Of a DNA stretch of 64,000 nucleotides, positions 39,112-49,121 are shown one piece after another. Each line of letters opens with the position of its first letter. Positions within the stretch are counted from its first letter, which is position 1. The notes beneath the pieces were generated by a model. The model saw only the letters and a program-made list of their open reading frames with translations, did no database searches and had not been told where the DNA came from. Position numbers and translations under genes: made by a program. The stretch comes from Nitrososphaerota archaeon (lineage in GTDB: Archaea > Thermoproteota > Nitrososphaeria_A > Caldarchaeales > Calditenuaceae). The stretch covers positions 224,001-288,000 of the forward strand of contig JBEPYO010000001.1 of NCBI GenBank assembly GCA_041641295.1, given 5' to 3'.

Positions 39112-39763
39112 TTCCGAGGACGGTGCAGGGTGCGCTGTCGACCTCTTCTAAAAGCAGTGGGGCCAAGATGACGTACCTGTAGGCAGCCGGTTTGCCTGCT
39201 AGGTCCATATCCTCAACTATTAGGAACCGGTTGTCTGAGAGAAGTATTCTGTGGCTTTCTCGCCCCTCGCTTCTCCGTAAAGGCGTGGAGACGCTGATTG
39301 CGTCTATTCCGATACCCCTGAGGTTTGGGAACGAGTCTTTGAGGAACTTGGCTGCTGACGGCGAGAATAGGAGGCCCTTGGAGGAATATGCATCCGGGTC
39401 CGTGTCCCTATAGGATTGGAGGCCGGTCCGTATTAGGAGCAGGCTACAGGACTCGATGATGTGACTGTATGGCTTCAAGTCCTCGGCCAAGACTTCTCCA
39501 CCGGGCTGCTTCGGGACATCAATCAGCCGGACGTTCTCAAAGAGGAGCTCCTCCGCCGCGTACTCGGATATTTTTCGGCCATTCTTGTAGAAGTGGTTTG
39601 GCGCATCGACGTGTGTGCCGGTGTGATTGGCCATGCTGATGACCCAGAGGTTGCTCGAGTCTCCACGCTCTATGCTTCTATAATGTGTGAGCTGTATAGG
39701 GGGTGTTCCGGGGTAGAGTGGGGTACTTCTCCCCACCCTGTGTGAGAGTAGGACGAGCCTCAA
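39101..39763 (-). CDS. Cyclase/kynurenine formamidase-family metal hydrolase
   Basis: HTGTHVDAPNH, LLIRTG, GIDAISV, IVED. Confidence 0.92.
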   Translation of the reverse strand: MRLVLLSHRVGRSTPLYPGTPPIQLTHYRSIERGDSSNLWVISMANHTGTHVDAPNHFYKNGRKISEYAAEELLFENVRLIDVPKQPGGEVLAEDLKPYSHIIESCSLLLIRTGLQSYRDTDPDAYSSKGLLFSPSAAKFLKDSFPNLRGIGIDAISVSTPLRRSEGRESHRILLSDNRFLIVEDMDLAGKPAAYRYVILAPLLLEEVDSAPCTVLGITD

Positions 39764-39854
39764 AGACTTTCCACCTGCCCACCTCTACCCTCATGTATTT
39801 TGTTTAATTACTCTGCCGCTCCAAGCGGATTATAGATATATTGGGCATGGGAGA

Positions 39855-40901
39855 GTGTATCCCCGGATGAGGGGTATAAGCCTCGGCTACTGGGTAGCAC
39901 AGGAGCAATATCCGCCCGACAGGCTGATGGAGTTCGCAATACACGCCTCAATCGTGGGCTTTGACACCATAGTAACCAGCGACCACTTCCACCCCTGGAG
40001 GGACAAAGGAGGCCACTCAGCACACCCCTGGATATGGATGACGGCGGTTGCGGAGAGGTTGAAGGGTGTTGAGGTTGGGACCGCCGTCACCACCCCTCTT
40101 TTCAGGTATCATCCCGCCATCGTGGCCCAGGCCTTCGCAACTCTTGACTACATGTATCCTGGCCGCATCTTTCTAACAGTGGGCACCGGGCACGCCATGA
40201 ATGAAGTACCCCTAGGGTTTCAGTGGCCGAGCTATAAGGAGAAGGTTGAGAGGCTGAAGGAGGCGGTTGAGATAATTCAGCTCCTCTGGCGCGGAGACTT
40301 TGTTGACTACGAGGGGAAATACTACCGCCTAGTAAAGGCTAAGCTATACACCAAGCCGAAGAAGAATATCAAACTATACATCGCCACAGCGGATAGAAAG
40401 GTGGCTGAGATAGCCGGGCAATACGCCGACGGGATACTCACGAATCCCCGGGGGCTTGAGAACTATGATTTGATAGTGAAAGCACTTGAAGAGGGGGCTA
40501 AGAAGGCGGGAAAAGACATCTCAACTCTCAGCAAGTGTATGGAGTTTAAAGTCTCTTACGACCCAGACTATGGAAAGGCGCTGGAAGGCGCCCTGTTCTG
40601 GGCCCCCACAGCTATTCCTAGGGAGAAGAGGGAGAGGGTTGCAGACCCGCGGGAACTTGAGGCGATGGTAGGCGAGAGCGAGGTTGAGAAGATTAAGAAG
40701 ACTTGGCTAATAACAAGTGATCCAGACGACATCTACAAGGCACTCGGAGAATTCCTCAAGCTTGGCTTCGACAGGGTATTCATCCACAGCTCCTCACCCG
40801 ATGAGGAGAAGTTCCTAAACCTGCTGGGCAGGGAGATACTGCCCTGGGTGAGAGAGTACTACGAGAGCCTCCGGATACCCATAAGAATCACATCAGAGTG
40901 A
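39855..40901 (+). CDS. F420-dependent LLM oxidoreductase of the glucose-6-phosphate dehydrogenase (Fgd/FSD) group
   Basis: LGYW..QEQY.P, SDHFHPW..GGH, RYHPAIVAQAFATL..YPGRIFL.VGTG.AMNE closely follow mycobacterial Fgd. Confidence 0.88.
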   Translation: MYPRMRGISLGYWVAQEQYPPDRLMEFAIHASIVGFDTIVTSDHFHPWRDKGGHSAHPWIWMTAVAERLKGVEVGTAVTTPLFRYHPAIVAQAFATLDYMYPGRIFLTVGTGHAMNEVPLGFQWPSYKEKVERLKEAVEIIQLLWRGDFVDYEGKYYRLVKAKLYTKPKKNIKLYIATADRKVAEIAGQYADGILTNPRGLENYDLIVKALEEGAKKAGKDISTLSKCMEFKVSYDPDYGKALEGALFWAPTAIPREKRERVADPRELEAMVGESEVEKIKKTWLITSDPDDIYKALGEFLKLGFDRVFIHSSSPDEEKFLNLLGREILPWVREYYESLRIPIRITSE

Positions 40902-40907
40902 GCCCTC

Positions 40908-41261
40908 ATGAGTATAATCTTCTATGGCTACAAGCGGTGTAAGACGAGCCGGGAGGTTGAAAGGGCCCTAACCTCGCAGGGGCTGAGCCTTAATTTTATA
41001 GACATAGTCAAGAATCCTCCTGATAAGAAAGTTCTGAAAGAGCTTGTGGAGAAGTATGGTGTTGAGGGTGTTGTTAGGGTCGGTAAGTCTGAGGCGAGGA
41101 AAGCCCTAGAGAAGGAGGGTCTAGAGAGGTTTCTGGAAAAGCTGAGGCTCGAGCCTAAGAGGCTTATACGCCCCGTCGTCATCGCGGGAGATGAGGTCTA
41201 CGCTGGTAGGGATGCCTTAAAGATAGTAGGCCATCCCCGAGAAAGGAGGGTGGCTCATTAG
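40908..41261 (+). CDS. ArsC/Spx-family thioredoxin-fold protein
   Basis: YGYKRCKTSR, IDIVKNPP, PKRLIRPVV. Confidence 0.8.
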   Translation: MSIIFYGYKRCKTSREVERALTSQGLSLNFIDIVKNPPDKKVLKELVEKYGVEGVVRVGKSEARKALEKEGLERFLEKLRLEPKRLIRPVVIAGDEVYAGRDALKIVGHPRERRVAH

Positions 41262-41264
41262 GGA

Positions 41265-42665
41265 ATGAATGGACTCGATGTAGGAGTTTACGGCCTGGGC
41301 GTGATGGGTGAGGCGTTCGCCCTCAACCTCGAGAGCAGAGGCCTCACCGTAGCCGTCTACAACAGGACTGCCGAGAAAACAACACAGTTTCTCCAAGGCA
41401 AAGCCAAGGGAAAGAGGATACAGGGCTTCACCGATCTCAAGGAGTTTGTAGATTCCCTCTCAAGGCCTAGGATGATCGTTTTATTCGTGAAGGCTGGGAA
41501 GCCGGTTGACGAGGTGGTCGAGACCTTAACACACATGCTTGAGAAGGGCGACATCATCATTGACTGTGGCAACTCTCATTACAGGGACTCTGACAGGAGA
41601 TTCGCCGAGCTTAGCGGCAGGGGTATAAGATTTCTGGGAGTGGGTGTGAGTGGTGGCGAGGAGGGAGCGTTAAAGGGCCCCTCCATGATGTTCGGAGGAG
41701 ATTTCTCCGCCTACATCGAGGCCGAGAATAAGATAGGGCGCGCCGCAGCTGTCTTCGAGAACTCCAAGTGCGTCAGCTACTTCGGCGAGGGCGGGGCCGG
41801 ACACTTCGTCAAGATTGTACACAACGGGATTGAATATGCTATAATGCAGGCGATAGCCGAGGTCTACGACTATCTCTTGAGGGGTGTAGGCCTATCGAGC
41901 GGGGAGGTGGGCTCGGTCTTTGAGGAGTGGGGGAAGGGCGTGCTCCGCTCATTTCTACTTGAGGCGGCGGCCAGGGTTCTCAGATACATCGACCCTGAAA
42001 CTGGCAAGCCACTGGTCGAGCTAATCCTAGATGAGGCTGAGCAGAAGGGTACAGGCAGGTGGGCGGTCGAGGCCGCCATGGAGCTGGGAGTCTCAGCCCC
42101 CACCATAGCCGCCGCAGTGGATGAGAGGACCCTCACGACCCTCCGTACACTCAGGAGGCCCGCGCAGGAAGCTGGATTTAACGGGGATAGGAATGTGGGA
42201 GAGGCCGTGGAAGCGGCTAAGAACTCGCTACTCGCCACCACACTCCTCTCCTATATCCAAGGCATATCACTCCTCCAGGCTGGGGCGCGGAACTATGGCT
42301 TCAGGGTTTCAGAGGCCCTCAGAGTATGGCGGGCAGGCTGCATAATAAGGTCCAGAATCGTTGAGGAGCTCTACAAGGAGCTTTCATGGACCCCTGGCGA
42401 GCCTACGGCTGTTGCTTTCGATAAAATCATACCCCAGCTTGAGGAGCTGATGCCCCAATGGCTCCAATTCATCACAAACGCATCTAGGATGAGAATCCCC
42501 ACCCCAGCCTCCATGAGCGCCCTCTCATACTACCTCTCCCTAAGGTCAGATAGGCTGCCCGCAAACCTGATACAGGGAATCAGAGACTATTTCGGCGGAC
42601 ACATGTTCAAAAGAGTGGACAGGGAGGGCTACTTCCACTCAGACTGGGGACGCAGCAGTGAGTGA
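41265..42665 (+). CDS. gnd: NADP-dependent 6-phosphogluconate dehydrogenase (decarboxylating), long form
   Basis: GLGVMG, YNRT, VKAG, DCGNS, GVSGGEEGA, GHFVKIVHNGIEY, QKGTG.W, WRAGCIIRS, RDYFG.H. Confidence 0.95.
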   Translation: MNGLDVGVYGLGVMGEAFALNLESRGLTVAVYNRTAEKTTQFLQGKAKGKRIQGFTDLKEFVDSLSRPRMIVLFVKAGKPVDEVVETLTHMLEKGDIIIDCGNSHYRDSDRRFAELSGRGIRFLGVGVSGGEEGALKGPSMMFGGDFSAYIEAENKIGRAAAVFENSKCVSYFGEGGAGHFVKIVHNGIEYAIMQAIAEVYDYLLRGVGLSSGEVGSVFEEWGKGVLRSFLLEAAARVLRYIDPETGKPLVELILDEAEQKGTGRWAVEAAMELGVSAPTIAAAVDERTLTTLRTLRRPAQEAGFNGDRNVGEAVEAAKNSLLATTLLSYIQGISLLQAGARNYGFRVSEALRVWRAGCIIRSRIVEELYKELSWTPGEPTAVAFDKIIPQLEELMPQWLQFITNASRMRIPTPASMSALSYYLSLRSDRLPANLIQGIRDYFGGHMFKRVDREGYFHSDWGRSSE

Positions 42666-42671
42666 TAAGGG

Positions 42672-43682
42672 ATGGAGTATTGGATCCCGTGGGGCAGCAC
42701 CGAGGTCTTCTTCGAAGCCCCACCCGAACTATCAGTCACAACCCCCAGTCCAACCCCTCTAACCTACGAAGAAGTATTATCTAGAGTCTCAGCCATACCT
42801 GACACGCCCTGTGTATTCATCGACTACCTTCCTACACCCACCGCTTATAAAACACTGCTCGCGAGGTTGGCTGAGACTTGTAAGATCGCCTACGTCTCAT
42901 CTTGGCGACTTGGGATTGAGAGAGTAGGCGAGGCTGTCGCAGAGCTTGAGAGCTTGGAGAAGAAGCCTCCACTCGCGCCGTTGAAGGAGTTCGCAGATGA
43001 AACTTCAAACCTAGAATCAGCCACCTTCATTTATCCTCTCACTTCGAGGCTGCTCCTAAGCCGAGTCGCCACAAGCACGAATGAATATCTCGCATGGCTA
43101 TTCAAAATCCACGGAATCAGCGGCCTCGATCCTTTTCGAATCAATCTCTTTCCTGTGGAGATTTCTTACAGCATCGACGGCTCGATTCACGGAATCTGGA
43201 CACAAAACCCCAGGCCAGACCATAAGCCCCCCGTGTTCGACTCGGTCATAGTCTCGCCCGGTAAGGCACCCCTAGACTCCACCCTCTACCTAGCAGCCCA
43301 GTCCATCATCCTCTCATCATCGGCCTGCGGGGATGAGACGACAATACTCGCGGTCTCAGAGTGTAAAGAGGGGCTGGGGCCACCTGAGTTTGTACGTCAA
43401 CTCTATGAGAGCCTAAAGCCTGATCTAGAAGGCGAGCTAAGCCCTGATGCCGATCCATACAAACTCATAGCTGCGGGGCTAGCGACCGCTCTTCGAAGCT
43501 ACAGAACCTACATGGTAACCTCCCTTCCCCGCAGCCTTGCCAAGCTACTTATAGGCATCAAGACGTTCGAGACAGTGCAGGAGGGGTTTGCCCAGATACT
43601 AAGGCTTCATGGACGGGGGCACAGAATGCTGCTAGTCAGAGAAGGCCTACACATCGACCCAGGGATGGTGGCAACGGGCTAG
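42672..43682 (+). CDS. Degenerate LarA (lactate racemase)-fold protein
   Basis: N-terminal IPWG and C-terminal IVSPG.APLD.TLY...AVSECKEGLG resemble LarA; NPN-binding motifs not seen. Confidence 0.6.
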   Translation: MEYWIPWGSTEVFFEAPPELSVTTPSPTPLTYEEVLSRVSAIPDTPCVFIDYLPTPTAYKTLLARLAETCKIAYVSSWRLGIERVGEAVAELESLEKKPPLAPLKEFADETSNLESATFIYPLTSRLLLSRVATSTNEYLAWLFKIHGISGLDPFRINLFPVEISYSIDGSIHGIWTQNPRPDHKPPVFDSVIVSPGKAPLDSTLYLAAQSIILSSSACGDETTILAVSECKEGLGPPEFVRQLYESLKPDLEGELSPDADPYKLIAAGLATALRSYRTYMVTSLPRSLAKLLIGIKTFETVQEGFAQILRLHGRGHRMLLVREGLHIDPGMVATG

Positions 43683-44803
43683 AAGCGTAGCAGTGGAGAG
43701 AGGAGTCCTAGGAGAGGCCCAGGAAGGATAACAAACGTAACAACCAGCATCAGAACTACACCTATGAATGAAATTTTTCTGAACTTTGAGAGGGGTGAAA
43801 CCATGTCCAGCGGCGCAAAATCTATCGGCGTCATCAGGAAGAAGAGTAGTAGGAGTGATAGATAGTAGTAGCCTGTCAAGAATAATATTCCGACCGAGAT
43901 GAAGGAGAGTAGCCTGTAACGCTTGAAGCTTGTGAGGCTTCTGAATATCCTACCTCCGTCCAGCTGCCAAACGGGCAGGAGGTTCAGGCTGGTCACCACC
44001 ATTCCTAGCCATGCGGCGAATCCCACAGCGGGGAATATGGGGACGAGATTGCCTGGTGAGAAAATGTTGTTGGCTAGGTTGAAGATGAGGGGGGAGGGTA
44101 GGAGGGAGACCTCGCCCCGCCGGACCAGCTCCTCGACAACCCTCCTCTCAACCCACTCAGCCTGCTGGAATGCAAACACCATAACGACCAGGCTCGCAAG
44201 AAAACCGGCTATGGGCCCACTTACACCCAAGTCAAACAAGTCGTCCCTATTCCGTATCGGCCCACGCTGGAATATTATAGCCCCGAACGTCGGCATGACA
44301 CCGGGAATGCCCGGTATAAAATAGGGCAAGCTGGAATCGATCCTATCTTGCCACGCAGAGATCTTGTGCCCAAGCTCGTGTATTCCTATTATTGAGAGGA
44401 CGCCGACAGTGTAGGCGACCGCCTCCCAAAATCTGGGCCCGGCTGGGAAGGCACCAATCCCACCCGACCTTATCACACCATCTATGAATACCGTGAAGAC
44501 AGTGATGATAAATAGGACTAGCGGCCACCTGCTCCTACGCCTCTCCGGTGCGGTGTAGGGATAGACCTTTAACAATACTTCACCCTCGATATCTTGGGCG
44601 ACGGGGACAAAGCCTATGCGGGAAAGCTCCGAGTATATTTTCTTGAAGCTTTCCTTAATTTCCCTCGTCATTATCTTGAATGTCAAGACACCTTCAACAT
44701 AGACTGCCTCGCGGACAGGAAGGTGTGCTCTAACTATGTTGTTAATTGCTTCGAGCCTATCTCCGTAGGATTCAGGGCCGAGTATCAAGTCGTTTATTGA
44801 CAC
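43679..44803 (-). CDS. Site-2 protease (M50 family)
   Basis: HELGH, PYFIP, SGPIAG, NLLPVWQLDGG. Confidence 0.93.
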   Translation of the reverse strand: MSINDLILGPESYGDRLEAINNIVRAHLPVREAVYVEGVLTFKIMTREIKESFKKIYSELSRIGFVPVAQDIEGEVLLKVYPYTAPERRRSRWPLVLFIITVFTVFIDGVIRSGGIGAFPAGPRFWEAVAYTVGVLSIIGIHELGHKISAWQDRIDSSLPYFIPGIPGVMPTFGAIIFQRGPIRNRDDLFDLGVSGPIAGFLASLVVMVFAFQQAEWVERRVVEELVRRGEVSLLPSPLIFNLANNIFSPGNLVPIFPAVGFAAWLGMVVTSLNLLPVWQLDGGRIFRSLTSFKRYRLLSFISVGILFLTGYYYLSLLLLFFLMTPIDFAPLDMVSPLSKFRKISFIGVVLMLVVTFVILPGPLLGLLSPLLRF

Positions 44804-44912
44804 TCTAGATGCTTAGGCTGGTAAAAAACCCTATTCCCACTGCTTTAGAAGTGTATCAGCCTCGAAGTCATGTGTAAAGCATAAGTATCTCTCGCATAGA
44901 CGATATGTAGCC

Positions 44913-45203
44913 ATGGACATTAGTGTAGAGGGGCTGCTGGTTAACGTAGTTCTGCTGCTGGCCGGGGCGCTCATAGGGCTCGGCGTTGCTAGGGCAGTTA
45001 AGGGCCTGCTACTCATCATATTCGCGTTAATAATACTGTTCTTTTTCGGATTCACAATCGCAGGCCTCATATCTCCCACAGCAGTTGCATCACTCTTTGG
45101 CCCCTTGGCGAGCCTGATATTGGAGTTTCTATCACTACTCGCAAGGTATCCCGCTATAGCAGTGGGATTGCTCTTAGGCCTAATTATAGGAGCTATCAGG
45201 TAG
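44913..45203 (+). CDS. Small membrane protein
   Basis: Three hydrophobic helices; ATG downstream of a TATA-like sequence. Confidence 0.7.
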   Translation: MDISVEGLLVNVVLLLAGALIGLGVARAVKGLLLIIFALIILFFFGFTIAGLISPTAVASLFGPLASLILEFLSLLARYPAIAVGLLLGLIIGAIR

Positions 45204-45942
45204 TTCTTCTCAAGATTCTTTTCCCCAGCTGCCTAAAACACCACCAAGCGAAGCTTGCAAGCTCCCCTACCCCCAGCTTGCTCTTCCCCCCAGCCCTCTC
45301 GTAGAAGTCTATTGGAGCCTCGATGATCTTGTAGCCCAAGAGGTGGTATTGGTGGAGGGTCTCCACCTGAAAGATGTACCCTGACTCGTATTTCCTATCC
45401 TCTGTGAAGGCCTCTTCCAACACTTTTCTGGAGATGGCTCTGTAGCCGCTCGTGGCGTCCTTCACCTTTAACCCTACAGTAAGCCTGACTAGCAGGTTTG
45501 CACCCCGGCTGATCAGCTTTCTCCAAACACTTCCACCCCTCCACCCTCCACCACGAATATATCTTGAACCCACCACAACTTGGGCCCTACCCTCAAGTAT
45601 CGGCTCAACTAGCCTGGGAAGCTGGCCCGGATCATGGCTCCCATCAGCATCCATCTCGACAGCTGCCACGAAGTCGCCTAGATTCTTCAGGCACCATCTA
45701 AAGCCATCCACATATGCGGAGCCCAGACCCAGTTTGCCAGGCCGCCTCATGACGGAGACATTCCCAAACCTTCTCCCAAAATCCTCCACGATCTCAACCG
45801 TGCCATCCACACTGCCATCATCAACAACCAACACATGAATGTCAAAGTCCACAAAACTGGACATGGACTCCAGTGATTCGAGCACCCTCCCTATGTTCGC
45901 AGCCTCATTATAAGTCGGGATAACAACAGCCACCAGCGCCAT
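45196..45942 (-). CDS. Polyprenol-phosphate mannosyltransferase (GT2, DPM1-like)
   Basis: IPTYNE, VDDGS.DGT, GLGSAY, MDADGSH, GSRY, DATSGYR. Confidence 0.93.
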   Translation of the reverse strand: MALVAVVIPTYNEAANIGRVLESLESMSSFVDFDIHVLVVDDGSVDGTVEIVEDFGRRFGNVSVMRRPGKLGLGSAYVDGFRWCLKNLGDFVAAVEMDADGSHDPGQLPRLVEPILEGRAQVVVGSRYIRGGGWRGGSVWRKLISRGANLLVRLTVGLKVKDATSGYRAISRKVLEEAFTEDRKYESGYIFQVETLHQYHLLGYKIIEAPIDFYERAGGKSKLGVGELASFAWWCFRQLGKRILRRTT

Positions 45943-46098
45943 CTAACACCATCCCCAAGAAAGTCCAATTAGAATCTTTCCAGCCCAAGAGATGTGTGAA
46001 TCCCTCCGATGGTTTTAGGCGCTTAGCCTGAGACTATGGCATTCCTATAAATACGACCCACTGAAATTAAGGCGGCAGGAAAGAGAGGAAAAGAGAAG

Positions 46099-47364
46099 TT
46101 GGGCAGGCGAGTGGAGGTCGAGTTTAAGCCACCGTTCATACTCGTCAAGTCTCAATCATTTTCAGCCCTCTTCGATAGGCTCGCCAAGTACAGAGTTGTA
46201 GGCTTTTTCAGCTGGTCATCGATTGCTCTAATCCCCGCGATAGCGGGGGCCGGCCTGTTCCTGCTTCTATTGTCACTCCAAGCCCTCCTGAGCAGGCCCG
46301 AGGTTCAGGAGGCTCAGCGGGAGGCCGGACCCCAGAGCCTCCTACTCATACCGGGACTCAACCCCTACCTCCCCATCATTTACGGCTGGCTTGGGCTCGT
46401 GGTGGCTCTAATAATTCATGAAGGCGCCCATGGAGTCTTGGCGCGCAAGCTCGGGTATAATGTGAAGTCGAGCGGTCTCATATTCTTGGCTGTCCTGCCT
46501 ATAGGTGCATTTGTTGAGACGGATGAGGAGGAGATGAAAAAGGGTAGGGGAAGGGATGTCGTAAGAATACTTGCGGGTGGACCCGCGTCAAACATCCTGA
46601 TAGCTATACTCTCGCTTGGGCTGCTTATTGCAGCAACCAACGGGTTACACCCTATAACCATGATAACTGTTGAGGAGGTCATCAGAAATTCTCCCGCAGA
46701 GGCGGCGGGACTCCAGCAAGGCGACATCATAGCCAGCGTCAACGGCCGTCCAGTAACCAGCCTCTCGGTCCTATCAGAGGCCATTAACTCAGCGGGCTAC
46801 GGTGGTTCGATAAGCCTCGAGGTTATAAGGAAAGATGTAGGGGTTCTTAGACTCACTGTTGGTGTTGCTGAACTGGGGGCTGGGAGGCCGATGATTGGTG
46901 TGAGATTAGCGAATGCAGAGATGCAGGAGTGGGCCTCTGACTACTTGGAGAGATACAAATCAGCCAGCATCGCGAACCCCCTCATCTACCTCCTCCCACC
47001 AACATTTCCAAACTCTCTCCACCCCTTCTCCGAGGCCCAGATATGCATTGACTCCACAGCACCCTCACCACGCTGCTTCACAGTATCGGGCCTATACACA
47101 CACCCGATACTAGGCAGCTCATATCCGGTCATAGCGAACATGCTCTACTGGATATGGTTCGTAAACTTCAACGTAGGTATCTTCAACGCACTACCCATCT
47201 ACCCACTGGACGGAGGACAGATATTTAGAAGGACACTGTCCACATTACTCGGCGCGTCGATAGGAGAGAAGGGCGTTAGGGCTGCCACCCTAGCAGTTAG
47301 CCTCGCTCTGGTTGGGCTAGTCCTCTCCCTCTTTATGATACCATACCTCGCACTATTGGTCTGA
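46099..47364 (+). CDS. Site-2 protease with PDZ domain
   Basis: HEGAHG, PIGAFVE, AGGPASN, SPAEAAGLQQGD PDZ, FNALPIYPLDGG. Confidence 0.93.
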   Translation: MGRRVEVEFKPPFILVKSQSFSALFDRLAKYRVVGFFSWSSIALIPAIAGAGLFLLLLSLQALLSRPEVQEAQREAGPQSLLLIPGLNPYLPIIYGWLGLVVALIIHEGAHGVLARKLGYNVKSSGLIFLAVLPIGAFVETDEEEMKKGRGRDVVRILAGGPASNILIAILSLGLLIAATNGLHPITMITVEEVIRNSPAEAAGLQQGDIIASVNGRPVTSLSVLSEAINSAGYGGSISLEVIRKDVGVLRLTVGVAELGAGRPMIGVRLANAEMQEWASDYLERYKSASIANPLIYLLPPTFPNSLHPFSEAQICIDSTAPSPRCFTVSGLYTHPILGSSYPVIANMLYWIWFVNFNVGIFNALPIYPLDGGQIFRRTLSTLLGASIGEKGVRAATLAVSLALVGLVLSLFMIPYLALLV

Positions 47365-47372
47365 ATGGCCCG

Positions 47373-48221
47373 TTGACAACACCCTTTAAAAATTCGGAGA
47401 GACAAGATTATGTGGGCGTGTGGGGAGGCATAGACCTCGTCGTAAAACCGCCCCTCAGACGAGCCGACTTCGAAGCAATCACGTTGATCGGTGCGGGCGA
47501 GTATGAGGCGATATTCCTCAACCTGCCCCGATGCCTCCAACGACACGTCACCAAGCTAGCCGAGACCGGAGACGTCGAAGGCTTTATTGAGGGGGCAAAA
47601 ACAGGCTCGGGGCTGTCTGAGAGCTACCTCACATCGCTTATTAGGGGTCATGAGACCTTTCTCAGACTCCTGCCCAGGGTCTCGGCGGGGAGGGAGATTA
47701 TTTGCTATTCACCTAACCCCACCGATGAAGAGATACGGGCTACCCTAGAGCTGCCTTCGCTCATACTGCGAGACTCGGTTACTAAGACGGTGAGCCTAGA
47801 GCAGTGGCTGAGCATAGTAGAGGAGATGGTTGAATTCGGTAAAAGCAAGCTCGAAGAGGAGGTTGAGTTCATTCTGAGGGAGGCGGGCAGGTTCAAGTCT
47901 TCCGCATGCATCTGCGACCCAGGAGCCGCTGTCAGCCTCAAGAAACACCTCCAGAAAAAGACGCTCACGAGGATACTATACACCGTCCTCCCCTACAGGT
48001 TCACCCCCCTACAAACCCTACTAAGACTCTACCAACAAAAACCCCTACCAGCGAGCGAAGTAGAAGAGCACGTCAAACAACACATAGGATTCGTGCAAAA
48101 ATACATAGTCCCGCTAGGACTCGAAGAAGGGCTTGAGGCTTGGACTGAAAAAGAGCTTAGATGGCTTCAAGGAAGGCCCGATAAGCCTCCAGCCCACCCC
48201 CCAACCCCCTCTGAAACTTAA
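47373..48221 (+). CDS. Hypothetical protein
   Basis: 282-codon ORF co-oriented with the S2P gene; no recognisable motif. Confidence 0.7.
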   Translation: MTTPFKNSERQDYVGVWGGIDLVVKPPLRRADFEAITLIGAGEYEAIFLNLPRCLQRHVTKLAETGDVEGFIEGAKTGSGLSESYLTSLIRGHETFLRLLPRVSAGREIICYSPNPTDEEIRATLELPSLILRDSVTKTVSLEQWLSIVEEMVEFGKSKLEEEVEFILREAGRFKSSACICDPGAAVSLKKHLQKKTLTRILYTVLPYRFTPLQTLLRLYQQKPLPASEVEEHVKQHIGFVQKYIVPLGLEEGLEAWTEKELRWLQGRPDKPPAHPPTPSET

Positions 48222-48248
48222 ATTATCGGACATACATCTTCACAGCGA

Positions 48249-48322
48249 AGCGGGGTAGGGTAGCCAGGAATCCCGCCGGGCTCATAACCCGGAGATCGGT
48301 GGTTCAAATCCACCCCCCGCTA
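48249..48322 (+). tRNA. Initiator tRNA-Met(CAU)
   Basis: AGCGGGG...CCCCGCT with A1-U72 pair; GGG/CCC in the anticodon stem; CTCATAA loop; TATA-like TTAAATTA about 25 nt upstream. Confidence 0.96.
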
Positions 48323-48500
48323 CAATTCAAGCTCTTACCCCCACACATATGTCTGAAGTATAGAGCAACCATTTTTAGAGCTGCCAATGCGTTTTGAAGA
48401 GGCATTAAATGGATTATGAAAAATCTACGAAAAGAAGGGCGCGCTTATTTGCATAAAATTGACCACAACACGCATATACTGAATTTTATTTAGGTTGCAT

Positions 48501-49121
48501 TCAAAGAGGGGGCCGTGTTTCCACAACGTCTTTCTTACTACAGATTGTTATGATTATGCAGCCAAGGTTCGTCTTTTTATGCTCGACTACCTTGAACCTT
48601 TTCTCCAAGATTGAGAATAGCTGCCGTTCAGACTTAAACTTGAATAGATGGGTATTCTTCCACCTCCTCCCCCACGAGCGCGTCCACAACCACCAGATAA
48701 CTCTGAATAGCAGCGTCTCTAGGGGCACTATGACTATCAATAACCCATTCTCTGTCAGTAATTTCTCTGCAATGTCCAGGACTCTTTCAGGGTTGTTTAC
48801 ATGTTCGAGACTCTCCATTAATACAATTGTTCCATACTGCCTGTTGAGAATCTCTGTGGGCGGGTCCTCGATGCTACCTAGATATACTTTGTCTAACCTC
48901 TTTTTAGCGAACTCAACCATCTCGGGGTCAATGTCCACGCCATGTATTTCCACCGAGTCTCCGAGTATCATCCGTACTCTGACACCGTCTCCGCACCCTA
49001 AATCAAGAGCCGGCTCAGAGATTTTATACCCATTAATCATGCTTTTAGTTGCTTTGACAATTCTTCTGTGCCAATATTTGCTGGGAAACCTGCTTGTTGA
49101 TATCTCGTAGTAGCTTTTCAA
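48501..49121 (-). CDS. Class I SAM-dependent methyltransferase, AT-rich
   Basis: LDLGCGDG, GVDID, ESLEHV, LL..NG.L. Confidence 0.88.
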   Translation of the reverse strand: MKSYYEISTSRFPSKYWHRRIVKATKSMINGYKISEPALDLGCGDGVRVRMILGDSVEIHGVDIDPEMVEFAKKRLDKVYLGSIEDPPTEILNRQYGTIVLMESLEHVNNPERVLDIAEKLLTENGLLIVIVPLETLLFRVIWWLWTRSWGRRWKNTHLFKFKSERQLFSILEKRFKVVEHKKTNLGCIIITICSKKDVVETRPPL

